64,000 bases of DNA, taken from the IMG/VR virus record IMGVR_UViG_3300030521_000002, positions 11,294 through 75,293 of that record. One strand, given 5' to 3'. Below the pieces are notes generated by a model. It ran no database searches and had not been told where the DNA came from. It was given only the letters and a program-made list of their open reading frames with translations. The stretch's first letter is position 1, and the number at the start of each line of letters is the position of its first letter. This document shows, piece by piece, positions 9,573 through 17,928 of the stretch. The stretch is from a virus. The translations under genes and the position numbers were made by a program.

Positions 9573-9821
9573 ATGCGATACGTAATTATTGCAAAGAGAC
9601 GGTCGGGAGACGCAATTCGGCCATGTGAGTATGTAAGTAAATCTGGCTTAATCTCCTACAATGCGAACAATGCCTATCCGTTTAAGACGCTGAAACATGC
9701 GCAAACAGATATGGAATACTTCGCCGATCTCTATCGGGAGTATTCGTTTCATCTCGAACAGATAATGGCTGGCAAGCTTGCGAATGCTATCCTCCGTGGA
9801 AAGCTGGTTGAAAGGGAATGA
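9573..9821 (+). CDS. Hypothetical protein
   Basis: GAGGG RBS. Confidence 0.6.
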   Translation: MRYVIIAKRRSGDAIRPCEYVSKSGLISYNANNAYPFKTLKHAQTDMEYFADLYREYSFHLEQIMAGKLANAILRGKLVERE

Positions 9822-9878
9822 TCCATACGTTTACCGTTCAATAGCCCAAACCTACCCTAACCTCTAGCGAGCTAAATC

Positions 9879-10085
9879 ATGTTAATTAACCTTTCATTCC
9901 CGATTCGTAGCGAACGTGTGAGACAATTTCAACCGCCCTGGAGGACCGTCTTTATCTACCGTTGCGAGAATGGGCATGAGGTACGTGTTGGCGCAAATTC
10001 ATATCGCGGCAAAACGGCAGTACTGGGGGTGGGTGCAATTGTTTGCCCATAATGCGAATTGAAAGATAAGCATAACTCTGCTTGA
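9879..10085 (+). pseudogene. Small Zn-ribbon-like ORF with an in-frame TAA at 10050
   Basis: MLINLSF...YRCENGH...IVCP*CELKDKHNSA; the stop falls inside a CPxC motif. Confidence 0.4.
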
Positions 10086-10109
10086 CGTTTCCCTTTTCCC
10101 TGCTACAAT
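10082..10109 (+). promoter_or_regulatory. Sigma70-type promoter
   Basis: TTGACG-16 nt-TACAAT with an extended -10 TG. Confidence 0.6.
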
Positions 10110-10163
10110 CCAATCAGTGTTCAGTGTTTTTTGTTTCTTTCCCTAACGTGAGGAGCTAGTATC

Positions 10164-10601
10164 ATGGTCAAAGCAATCGTTTCCAAGAAGTCTGCCAAGA
10201 AGCCTAAGGGGGGTGCGACTATCAAAACCGTTTCCGATGAAAAGCCTGTTGCCAAGGAAACCGCCCCTAAGAGGGCATCAGGGAGCTTGTCAGAAGGATC
10301 GACACGTTCCCGGTTGTTCCGTTGCTTGCATAAATTCCCTGGACTGAGCGCGAAGGAAATCAAGGAGCGTACCGGGATGTTGCCCAATAGCGGCCACTTG
10401 GCAGTATTGCTCGGTGAGGAATGCGAAAACGGTCGGTTGCGATATGAAGAGCATCCAGAAACCGGCAGCAACCGTAGCGTGTTCCTCTACTTTCTGACGG
10501 CCAAGGGGAATTCCGATCTTGGCAAGGATCAGCTCGAATCCCGTAAAGCGGGGGGGCGGATCGGTAAGAAATGGTCGAAGGCTCGCCGAGAAGCTACCTA
10601 A
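10164..10601 (+). CDS. Winged-HTH DNA-binding protein with Lys-rich N-terminal tail
   Basis: PGLSAKEIKERTG...YFLTAKG is MarR/PadR-like; AGGAGCTAG RBS. Confidence 0.65.
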   Translation: MVKAIVSKKSAKKPKGGATIKTVSDEKPVAKETAPKRASGSLSEGSTRSRLFRCLHKFPGLSAKEIKERTGMLPNSGHLAVLLGEECENGRLRYEEHPETGSNRSVFLYFLTAKGNSDLGKDQLESRKAGGRIGKKWSKARREAT

Positions 10602-10626
10602 GCTTTCACGATAAGCAGCAACTATC

Positions 10627-11373
10627 CTACAAAGCCTTCCCTAGACTAATTAGGGAAGGCTTTTTTATTTGTCCGTTCCGTTTGGAGTAAGCCCATTCGA
10701 CTGAAGCTACCGCCGATCGATAACAGGCTTTGTCAATTTCGCACCCGATAAACTTTCGTCCGGTTTCAACACAAGCTACCCCAGTTGAGCAACCGCCCAT
10801 GCACGGGTCGAAAATTAAAGCATCCGGGGGGGTGGTGTTCTCGATGAGATACCTTAGCAGGGCGGTAGGCTTGTGGTTCGGATGAACCTGACTAGGTTGG
10901 TACACCCTTGCATAACTTAGGATATCTCCCTTTCGCTTAGCTAATGGCCTTCCGCTCGCTTTTGCTAAGTACACAATAAATTCGTATTGCGAACCGTAGG
11001 AATTGTAGAGATCTCCACACCCCCAATTTTGCTTATCCCACACCAGAAGATTCTTCACACTGCCATAGACTTTTTTAGCGAGGGGGAGGACTTCTTCGAT
11101 ATTCGTAGGGGAACAAAAACAGTAGATTGAACCTAGCCCTGACAACTTGGATCGAATCGACGTAAGTATGTCCCCCATAAGCACTAAGCTTTCGTCATTG
11201 GCTATTACTTCCGGGGTTTCAGAGGCAACTCGATGGTTCGTTTGGTAACTGATACCGTAGGGAGGGTCGGTAATGACTAGATCGACCGAGTGCCGTTCCA
11301 ATTGGGGAATGTACTTTCGGCAATCCCCAAAAACGAGGGTACAATCCCCAATTTTCTTAATAATAGGGGGCAT
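10627..11373 (-). CDS. DNA N6-adenine/N4-cytosine methyltransferase (beta class)
   Basis: GDC, TDPPY, HPNHKP, DPCMGGCST, FIGCEID. Confidence 0.9.
   Translation of the reverse strand: MPPIIKKIGDCTLVFGDCRKYIPQLERHSVDLVITDPPYGISYQTNHRVASETPEVIANDESLVLMGDILTSIRSKLSGLGSIYCFCSPTNIEEVLPLAKKVYGSVKNLLVWDKQNWGCGDLYNSYGSQYEFIVYLAKASGRPLAKRKGDILSYARVYQPSQVHPNHKPTALLRYLIENTTPPDALIFDPCMGGCSTGVACVETGRKFIGCEIDKACYRSAVASVEWAYSKRNGQIKKPSLISLGKAL
10631..10669 (+). terminator. Intrinsic terminator at convergent genes
   Basis: AAAGCCTTCCCTA-GACTAAT-TAGGGAAGGCTTTTTT. Confidence 0.8.
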
Positions 11374-12569
11374 TAGCTTTCCTCTTCTTGGGAACTCTTG
11401 TGTCTACGGTCCCCTCGGTCGATTCCGCCTAATACCGGGAATTCTTCAAGATGCTTAAACTCCCCGTCGAACCGATACCGCAGGGAGACTCCCTTTTCGG
11501 TCAGTTCCTTCTTTGCAACGAATTGCGCCCAAGCCTTGATAATCAGGGCCACCTTCTCGGGGTTGCTACTCGCCTCATTCCGCATCTCCACGAGCTTGGT
11601 ATGGAGCAAAAGCAAGTCTTTATGGTTACTAGCTAGCTTCTCCCAAAAGTCACAAGCTTGGTCCCATTGTTCCCAATCAATTACCGATTCGTTGGGGGGT
11701 GTCAGTTCCTTATATTCGTCCTGATTGGAGGTAGCGGCCCCCATGAGGTAAAGCAACCCACAAGCGATACCGGAAGGCATGAGCGTGGTTATCTTCCGGT
11801 GCTTACCCCCATCTTCCTCATAAACGAACTTAGCGGCCTCTAAGATGCGTTCGTGACGCTCGATGAAGTCCAAAGACTCACTATGGGTCCGAAGCCCGCT
11901 ATAGGGATTTAGGAACGCTCCCGTGCGTTGCCAAAGGAACTTCACGGCATACTCAAGAATCTTGCTTACCCGTTCCCGTTGGGCATTATTAAGCCCACCC
12001 TCGCGGAAGTACCCACCACGGTAAATCACATCCGCTAACGATCGAGGTTCCCCGGTGTCGATCGTATTGACTACCTCATCTTGCTCATCGCACCCGAAAG
12101 CGATCAAACAGGCTAAAGTTGGCTCTGTCTTCCAAAATTTCTTCCACTTCGCTTGGTGTTGTTCCCATTCTTGGACGGCCAAGATCAGGCCGATTAAACG
12201 GTGCTGACAACTAATGAGCAACCCGGTCTTGCCTACGATCATGGATTCGAGGTTCAACCGCCACTTACCACATAAGACTTCCTGGCGAATAAGGGAAGCG
12301 TTCGTGGGCTTGTAGGGACGGTTCCCCATATTATTTAGGCAACGAACCTTGGTTCCGTAACCGTCTAACAGGGTGAATTCTGCGCCAAACTTACAATCAT
12401 CGGTTTCGGGTTCCCATCCTAGCAGTAGCTTAGCTTCATCTGCCGTTAGAAAGGGATCACGTTCACCGTTACAAAGCTTGATCGAAACTTCCGGGTAGAT
12501 AATCTCCCTACCATTATTAGCTTTTGGTTTTCTTGTCTGAATAGGTTTCTTTTTTAGTAGTGGGGGCAT
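11373..12569 (-). CDS. ParB/DGQHR-like protein, paralog A
   Basis: NRP...W.LN.E..I....SCQHRL...TIDTGEPR.LADV; strongly similar to 25382-26677. Confidence 0.6.
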   Translation of the reverse strand: MPPLLKKKPIQTRKPKANNGREIIYPEVSIKLCNGERDPFLTADEAKLLLGWEPETDDCKFGAEFTLLDGYGTKVRCLNNMGNRPYKPTNASLIRQEVLCGKWRLNLESMIVGKTGLLISCQHRLIGLILAVQEWEQHQAKWKKFWKTEPTLACLIAFGCDEQDEVVNTIDTGEPRSLADVIYRGGYFREGGLNNAQRERVSKILEYAVKFLWQRTGAFLNPYSGLRTHSESLDFIERHERILEAAKFVYEEDGGKHRKITTLMPSGIACGLLYLMGAATSNQDEYKELTPPNESVIDWEQWDQACDFWEKLASNHKDLLLLHTKLVEMRNEASSNPEKVALIIKAWAQFVAKKELTEKGVSLRYRFDGEFKHLEEFPVLGGIDRGDRRHKSSQEEES

Positions 12570-12590
12570 GTACTGACTAGCTCCTTTGAG

Positions 12591-15257
12591 TTAAAGAACT
12601 TCTCCTTCTGACCAATTCTTGGGGTGCCATGTCGCACCGCACGTCAACGGAATTCCAATGCAACCACCAACCGATTCCATGATCTCACGAATCTTCTGGA
12701 TGATAGGGAAATTACCTTTGTTGGACTTGGCTGGCATCTCGATTACCAGCTCATCATGTATCTGAGCAATTATATGATATCCATCCAATGTCTGCAAGTA
12801 ACGATGCACCTTATCCATCGCTCGCATGATTACCCAGCACGCTGAAGATTGGATATGGTAGTTCAAAGCCTGTGTAGGAGAAACTCGCCCCCAAGCACCT
12901 CGATTAAGTTGGATAGGATAGCCGCGATCAGGGTCTACTTCCTTATCTGGCATTGTTTCAACATGGCCATTCTTATTCGCTAGGTTAATGTACTTTTGAT
13001 TAAGTTTGGTGTGCTCCTTCAAACGGTCTTTAACTAATCTCCATGCGCCTTTTTTATGGGCTGCTCGATCGCAAGTTTCTTCCCCACCTGAATAAGAATA
13101 GGCGAAGCCAAAATTCTTGACATGCCCATAGGTGCTTTTATAGGTTTCTCTGAAAGCACCTTTTTGTTCTGCTAGTGGAAAGAATAACTCTGGGTAAATA
13201 ATACTCGCGTTCATCAAGTGGTAACTACCAAAAAATGGTGGCTCATCTGGCTTCTCAAAAATTTCAATCATTACCTGCTCACCACTTTCATAGGCCGGCA
13301 GGCGAAGCTCTAAATTATCGTAATCAATGGATACCCACTCTTTATCTGGCGTGGGTCCAAAACAATAACGAAGATTGAAGTTTTCTTTCTTGCTAATGTT
13401 CTGCTCGTTCGGATTCGAGGAAGACCAGCGAAGGGTTGCCGTGCCAACGCAATTCAAGTTAGGATGAAGCTTATACCAACCTACACTACGTGTTTCCAAG
13501 TCTTCCTGTGTATAATTTGACCGATCGTTGACTGACTGGCCAATCCAAATTTTAGAGCCAGTTTCTCTTGGCTTAGTAACCCCGCTGCATAAATTTGACG
13601 AATCTCCCGAACCTGATCTTCTGTTAGTTTCGCCTTGGCTACTGCTTCTCCCCTGGCTGCCAACATTGGGTTGATTACCAGCGGGTGCTCTGCTCCCCGT
13701 CTTATTTTCTCCGGGTGTGTTCTCGATCCGCTCCGATCCCCTCTGGCCAATCTTTCGGGTTTGAATCGGCTCCAGTGCATCTCCCCTCTCGGCAACCTTT
13801 CCGGGTAAAGTCTCGATCCGTTTCTGTCCCCCGTCGCTTGTCTGTTCTTGGCTACCATATCTGCCGAGTTGTCTTTGTTTGTTCCCAATACTAAGTGATC
13901 CGGGTTTACACAACTTGGGTTGTCGCAGGTGTGCATTACTATTAGGCCCTCGGGAATGGTCCCCTTGAATAGCAGGTAACTCACACGATGGGCCTTGTTT
14001 TGACCCACCACGTGAAATTGTCCGTACCCGTTCTTGAATTTCCCCGCTATCCAAATCCAGCATGTTTCCGTCTTCTGAACCTTGGCCAGAAACTTGACTA
14101 AAACTTTCTTCATTGTCTGTGGGGTCATTGGCATGACGAACCTCGATATATTTCCAAAACCGTTTGTAACCATCCATATAAGCGCAGGCTGTATCCATCT
14201 GCCTTTTGCTTCTAAGCGAGTTTATGAAAGCAAGCGGCTTACTTCTTGGCTTGAGGGATGTTTGATAATGTTCAATCGTATCTTTATTGAGAGATGGGGC
14301 ACCATTCTCAGTCCTGTTGACCACTTCCAATTTTAATACGTCGAATATGAAGGTTGTCAGGGATTTGTTATTTCCAGATTTAGGCAGCTTAAGATCATAA
14401 TTATAGCCCTTGGCTAAGTTTATACAAACTCTTTCAGCTATCCCGCTTCTTTCACGGTAATCCTCGAACAACTCATCTACCCTAGACCCACTGACAGTAA
14501 TTCCACGTTCTTCCATCGCATAGGCTACCGGTAATACTTTCAACCGCTCTTGGTAAATCTTCCACAATCCACGCCGTTCTAGTTCTTCTTTTTGCACCTT
14601 GAACAAAGCCAATGTCACAGCACTGTCGGCATTGGCATAGATATTACACACGTCATGCCAAGGATGGTCAGCCTCATACCCATCCTCGATTGCGATGCAC
14701 CGGGCTAAATAGGAATCGAATTTCCAAACCTTCTCCTTAGCGCTCGGCATCTCGGGCAAACCCTTCTTAGCGATTCGCCAGCCCTTCTTCTCGGCAATCG
14801 CCCTAGCGGCCTTGGTAGCCTTTTCTAAGGCATCCTCATACGGTTGGATATTGATCCCCAGCCATTCCAAGGCTAGGTCAGTTAAGTTATGGGGAGCATT
14901 GGAAGCTAAAAGATGGGCAGCTAAGAGTGTGTCGAGTACCTTCTCCCAAGGCCAAGCAAAATCCAGCTCATTATCAGCATACAAATGGATGAGCATCCCA
15001 GCGTCAAATTTCGCGTTGTGCAAAATCAGATGATCCGCCCCGTAGATCAAGTCCCTGATTTCCAATAGCTCTGACTTGGGGGCGATAACTGAGCGATCGT
15101 GAGGATTGAGTTGCCATTCCCAAAAGGTATTTAACCCTGCTTCATTGCAAGTCGTTACCAGAAATGGCCGAGCACCGAAGTAAAGATCAAGGCCGCTCGA
15201 TTCAGTGTCTACTGACAGAAGTTTTGGGGTAAGCTTCTTGCTTATTGGTTTCGGCAT
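12591..15257 (-). CDS. polA: Family A DNA polymerase with a ~220-aa in-frame low-complexity insert
   Basis: Exonuclease motifs DTESSG and HNAKFD; TATLRWSSSNPNEQNI; motif A DYDNLELR; motif B KNFGFAYSY; motif C IHDEL. Confidence 0.92.
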   Translation of the reverse strand: MPKPISKKLTPKLLSVDTESSGLDLYFGARPFLVTTCNEAGLNTFWEWQLNPHDRSVIAPKSELLEIRDLIYGADHLILHNAKFDAGMLIHLYADNELDFAWPWEKVLDTLLAAHLLASNAPHNLTDLALEWLGINIQPYEDALEKATKAARAIAEKKGWRIAKKGLPEMPSAKEKVWKFDSYLARCIAIEDGYEADHPWHDVCNIYANADSAVTLALFKVQKEELERRGLWKIYQERLKVLPVAYAMEERGITVSGSRVDELFEDYRERSGIAERVCINLAKGYNYDLKLPKSGNNKSLTTFIFDVLKLEVVNRTENGAPSLNKDTIEHYQTSLKPRSKPLAFINSLRSKRQMDTACAYMDGYKRFWKYIEVRHANDPTDNEESFSQVSGQGSEDGNMLDLDSGEIQERVRTISRGGSKQGPSCELPAIQGDHSRGPNSNAHLRQPKLCKPGSLSIGNKQRQLGRYGSQEQTSDGGQKRIETLPGKVAERGDALEPIQTRKIGQRGSERIENTPGENKTGSRAPAGNQPNVGSQGRSSSQGETNRRSGSGDSSNLCSGVTKPRETGSKIWIGQSVNDRSNYTQEDLETRSVGWYKLHPNLNCVGTATLRWSSSNPNEQNISKKENFNLRYCFGPTPDKEWVSIDYDNLELRLPAYESGEQVMIEIFEKPDEPPFFGSYHLMNASIIYPELFFPLAEQKGAFRETYKSTYGHVKNFGFAYSYSGGEETCDRAAHKKGAWRLVKDRLKEHTKLNQKYINLANKNGHVETMPDKEVDPDRGYPIQLNRGAWGRVSPTQALNYHIQSSACWVIMRAMDKVHRYLQTLDGYHIIAQIHDELVIEMPAKSNKGNFPIIQKIREIMESVGGCIGIPLTCGATWHPKNWSEGEVL
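13481..14134 (-). mobile_element. HNH homing endonuclease nested in polA (+1 frame)
   Basis: CWIW...GYGQF...AHRVSY...VMHTCDNPSCVNPDHL..GT..DN..DM; C-terminal AKLTEDQVREIR HTH; GAGG RBS 7 nt before ATG 14134. Confidence 0.9.
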
Positions 15258-15376
15258 TTACCACTTCCACGACAGGGAATACACGTTCTACCACGACTCG
15301 ATTTGCCAGTTCCCGAACATGCCACGCAGTCTCCCGAGCGGCGCAATGGCTTGAGCTTCTTGATAGGCTTAGGCAT
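15242..15376 (-). CDS. 44-aa DnaJ-type zinc-finger mini-protein
   Basis: Hand translation MPKPIKKLKPLRRSGDCVACSGTGKSSRGRTCIPCRGSGKCRNQ; two CxxCxGxG repeats. Confidence 0.75.
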   Translation of the reverse strand: MPKPIKKLKPLRRSGDCVACSGTGKSSRGRTCIPCRGSGKCRNQ

Positions 15377-15617
15377 GTCTATTGACGTGGGTAAACCTAA
15401 CTTGATTGCCACAGCGACAACAGCTTGGTTGTGATAGCAAGCCCTTAATAACGCCTGTCACTGACGTTGGATCAAAGTTTTTAAGTCTAAGGTCCATAGA
15501 AAAGTGGATTATTCTCCATCCTCTCCAACCACAACCAACACAGACGCAACCGCACTTGCGAATTAGGTTCGCAAAGATTTTAGCTTCCTTGTCCTTGCGA
15601 AGATCAACTCTGACCAT
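15369..15617 (-). CDS. Cys-rich hypothetical protein
   Basis: CVGC...CCRC; AAGGTG RBS. Confidence 0.55.
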   Translation of the reverse strand: MVRVDLRKDKEAKIFANLIRKCGCVCVGCGWRGWRIIHFSMDLRLKNFDPTSVTGVIKGLLSQPSCCRCGNQVRFTHVNRHA

Positions 15618-15628
15618 AAATACACCTT

Positions 15629-15662
15629 AAATAAAAGACCAGGGTTGACCTATACACCCTGG
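15629..15662 (-). terminator. Intrinsic terminator closing the non-coding region
   Basis: CCAGGGT-loop-ACCCTGG-TCTTTTATTT on the minus strand. Confidence 0.65.
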
Positions 15663-15985
15663 AAGGTTACGGGGTCTGTTTGCTAACACCGTGTTAATGT
15701 TTGGACTTAGTTAGCTTCCCCAGCACGACTGGTAAGCCGTGTTCTTGTGCGTAAAGGACGAGGCTTGACGGACAGTCTTCCGCGTAGGATCGGGTAGACT
15801 GCCCTTGGCCTAAGCATAACCCGCCACGTACCTAGCTAATCGCGTGATTAGGGGTTGCCTGCCAATCGTCCTACCGAGAGTAGGCAACCAGAGGACACTG
15901 ACTCGATACCAAATTACCTCCAAGCAATTACACTTGAAAAGGTAATCCCAATGCAACGAAATTAAGTAAACGATTGGAAACATAA

Positions 15986-16214
15986 AAGTTGTGGTGGGAC
16001 TCGAACCCACATCTCCATAACTTTCACCCACGATAAGTCTCGCCAACTTCAAGCTTTCGCCCCTGAAAAGACCGTAGGGATGTAATCGCCTTCCATTTAA
16101 TGGCTCCAGGTATTACCCAACCGAGTTTGTCTTCTTCGGGAATTTGCCATTAAAGTAGCACCACGAAACTTATCGTGTTTGCAGTCGGGTGTTTTACCAT
16201 TGAACTACACAACT
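15986..16214 (-). ncRNA. tRNA-like RNA (Cys-like) with a ~150-nt structured insert in the anticodon arm
   Basis: Acceptor AGTTGTG/CACAACT; D-arm GTTC-AATGGTA-AAAC; CT-GCA-AA loop; T-arm GTGGG-TTCGAGT-CCCAC; insert closed by a 14-bp helix. Confidence 0.7.
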
Positions 16215-16304
16215 TCCAATTCAAAAATGTTGGCTCTTACCCGACCAACTTAGGGGCTTTTGTCTTTCCAAAGTTAGTCCCTCTGTTACCAGTGAGACAC
16301 AATC

Positions 16305-16385
16305 ACTAGGAATCGAACCCAGTTCCCGTCTTACCGAAACTCAGCCACCGAGCTGGAGTCGAACCAGCTTTTGCGCCTCAATGCC
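16305..16385 (-). ncRNA. Two tRNA T-arm-like hairpins, one forming an acceptor-T minihelix
   Basis: GCTGG-TTCGACT-CCAGC and CTGGG-TTCGATT-CCTAG. Confidence 0.5.
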
Positions 16386-17522
16386 TTATTTCTCATCGCC
16401 TTCCAATAATCCGAATTTAACTCCCTTATAGATCGTCTTACCATCCTCCAAATTCTTGAGGACGACAGTCTCATTCCCCTCATCGACAGCAGTCACTTCA
16501 CACTCGACTGCCTTCTTAACCCGTTTCTTGTCCTTGCCAAGCGGCTTGAAACGGAAGATATCTTTGACCTTGGGAGTTTCATCTTCCACGGATTCTTCTT
16601 CACTGGTTTCTTCCGTGGACTCCTCCGAGGAAGATTCTTCACTCGATTCTTCTTCCCCGGCTGACTCAGCGCTTGTCACACCATCGAGCAAGGCATTGGC
16701 CACGTCTATCCACTTATCATAGGACTCAGCATCGAGCCCAGCGGTTTCACACTTCTCGGATAAGTCAGCAATCGCCTTCTTGTCGCCCTTATCCGCTTTG
16801 GTCGCCAAGCCCTTGAGTTCGTCCTCATCCCAAGCTGGTGCTGCTGATTCCGCCGGTTCTTCCGCCGCTTGGGAATTGTCTTGAACACCATCGTCGCTAT
16901 CGTCGGTTTCGATCTCGCAACGACCCCGCCAATCATGGTTAACACGGGATTCCTTACCGAGATACGGGTGCTTTTTATTGGCTTCTCCTTCGGTCTTATA
17001 GCTCCCCAACGTGCGGCTACCTTGCTTGACCACGAACTTGCCATTGCTCTTGTCCATGACTTGGCTATCAAACGCCCAAGTACGGAAGCGAATGCCCGGT
17101 TGTTCTTCTTGTAGTTCGGCAGCAATCCCCTCCAACTCATCAAACTCAATGGCATCTTCACTGCCACGGAGTTTCTTAAGCTCATTGAGCATGGTTGCAT
17201 AGTGATCGGCAAACGGAGTCGTTTTACCACCAGCCGTCGTTGTATCACAAAGCGGAATCGGCCCAATGCTGGTACGCAACCCGGCGTATTCCTTGGGGGT
17301 AATCACGATGGCAGACGCCATGAAATACTGTTCACCTTGATTGGGGCCGCTTTTGTATTCGTCGAACTTGCATAATGCTACGCGAGCTTCACCACCCTCG
17401 ATACCGGCTGGCAAATCCCCACCAGCACTCAGCTTGATTGGGTCGTCTTTATGCTCTTCATGCGCTTTGCGCCCTTTCTCTCCCAACTTGGCAGCTAGGC
17501 TGCTTTTCTGCGTCTTGGCCAT
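16386..17522 (-). CDS. Putative ssDNA-binding protein with a long acidic region
   Basis: Beta-rich N-terminal domain (LPAGI..G.A.V...K....YF), E/D-rich linker; downstream of the AAA_24 gene as in Sak4-SSB modules. Confidence 0.5.
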   Translation of the reverse strand: MAKTQKSSLAAKLGEKGRKAHEEHKDDPIKLSAGGDLPAGIEGGEARVALCKFDEYKSGPNQGEQYFMASAIVITPKEYAGLRTSIGPIPLCDTTTAGGKTTPFADHYATMLNELKKLRGSEDAIEFDELEGIAAELQEEQPGIRFRTWAFDSQVMDKSNGKFVVKQGSRTLGSYKTEGEANKKHPYLGKESRVNHDWRGRCEIETDDSDDGVQDNSQAAEEPAESAAPAWDEDELKGLATKADKGDKKAIADLSEKCETAGLDAESYDKWIDVANALLDGVTSAESAGEEESSEESSSEESTEETSEEESVEDETPKVKDIFRFKPLGKDKKRVKKAVECEVTAVDEGNETVVLKNLEDGKTIYKGVKFGLLEGDEK

Positions 17523-17553
17523 AACTAAATTCTCCTAAGTGATAAATACAGAA

Positions 17554-17919
17554 CTACGACTCTTGTTGTGTCAGTTGCCCAATCCCTGCTCGAAAGGCAG
17601 CAAACATCTCGTGGCGAATATACCCCTCTGGATCATTCTTGATAATGGAGGTATGGTTTGAATTGACCAACCATTTATCAAATAAAGCCCGCATTTGCTT
17701 CGCTTGCTCCCCCTCTTCTGTTCGCTTGGTTGTTCTCGGATTAGTCGATTTGCTGCCACGGCGGATAATCGCTTTGTACACTTCCTCACGATGAATGGGG
17801 ACATCAGTAGGAGCTATGCAGCCCAATCTGACCTTATCTCCTCTGATATCCACAACCATGACGATAATATCCTCACCAATCATAATCGACTCATCACGTT
17901 GTCTTGAAAGCACCAGCAT
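17554..17919 (-). CDS. csrA: Carbon storage regulator CsrA with C-terminal extension
   Basis: MLVLSRQRDESIMIGEDIIVMVVDIRGDKVRLGCIAPTDVPIHREEVY. Confidence 0.92.
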   Translation of the reverse strand: MLVLSRQRDESIMIGEDIIVMVVDIRGDKVRLGCIAPTDVPIHREEVYKAIIRRGSKSTNPRTTKRTEEGEQAKQMRALFDKWLVNSNHTSIIKNDPEGYIRHEMFAAFRAGIGQLTQQES

Positions 17920-17928
17920 CTTGTCCTC

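Noticed and set aside
13440-14160. Intein or group I intron in polA
   Set aside because: No intein blocks; the N-C dipeptide in HPNLNC belongs to a conserved polymerase motif. The insert is fully occupied by RBS plus HNH, leaving no space for a ribozyme core.
15810-16052. 80-aa ORF
   Set aside because: Overlaps the T-arm/acceptor of the tRNA-like RNA and downstream hairpins; TTG start with no clear RBS.
15986-16214. Canonical tRNA-Cys or canonical tmRNA
   Set aside because: Anticodon stem 3' strand mismatched; no encoded CCA; no G3-U70 and no Ala-Ala-ending tag.
16706-17266. 186-aa alternative-frame ORF in the SSB-like gene
   Set aside because: Arg/Pro-rich shadow composition, and the host frame shows no insert-like signature.
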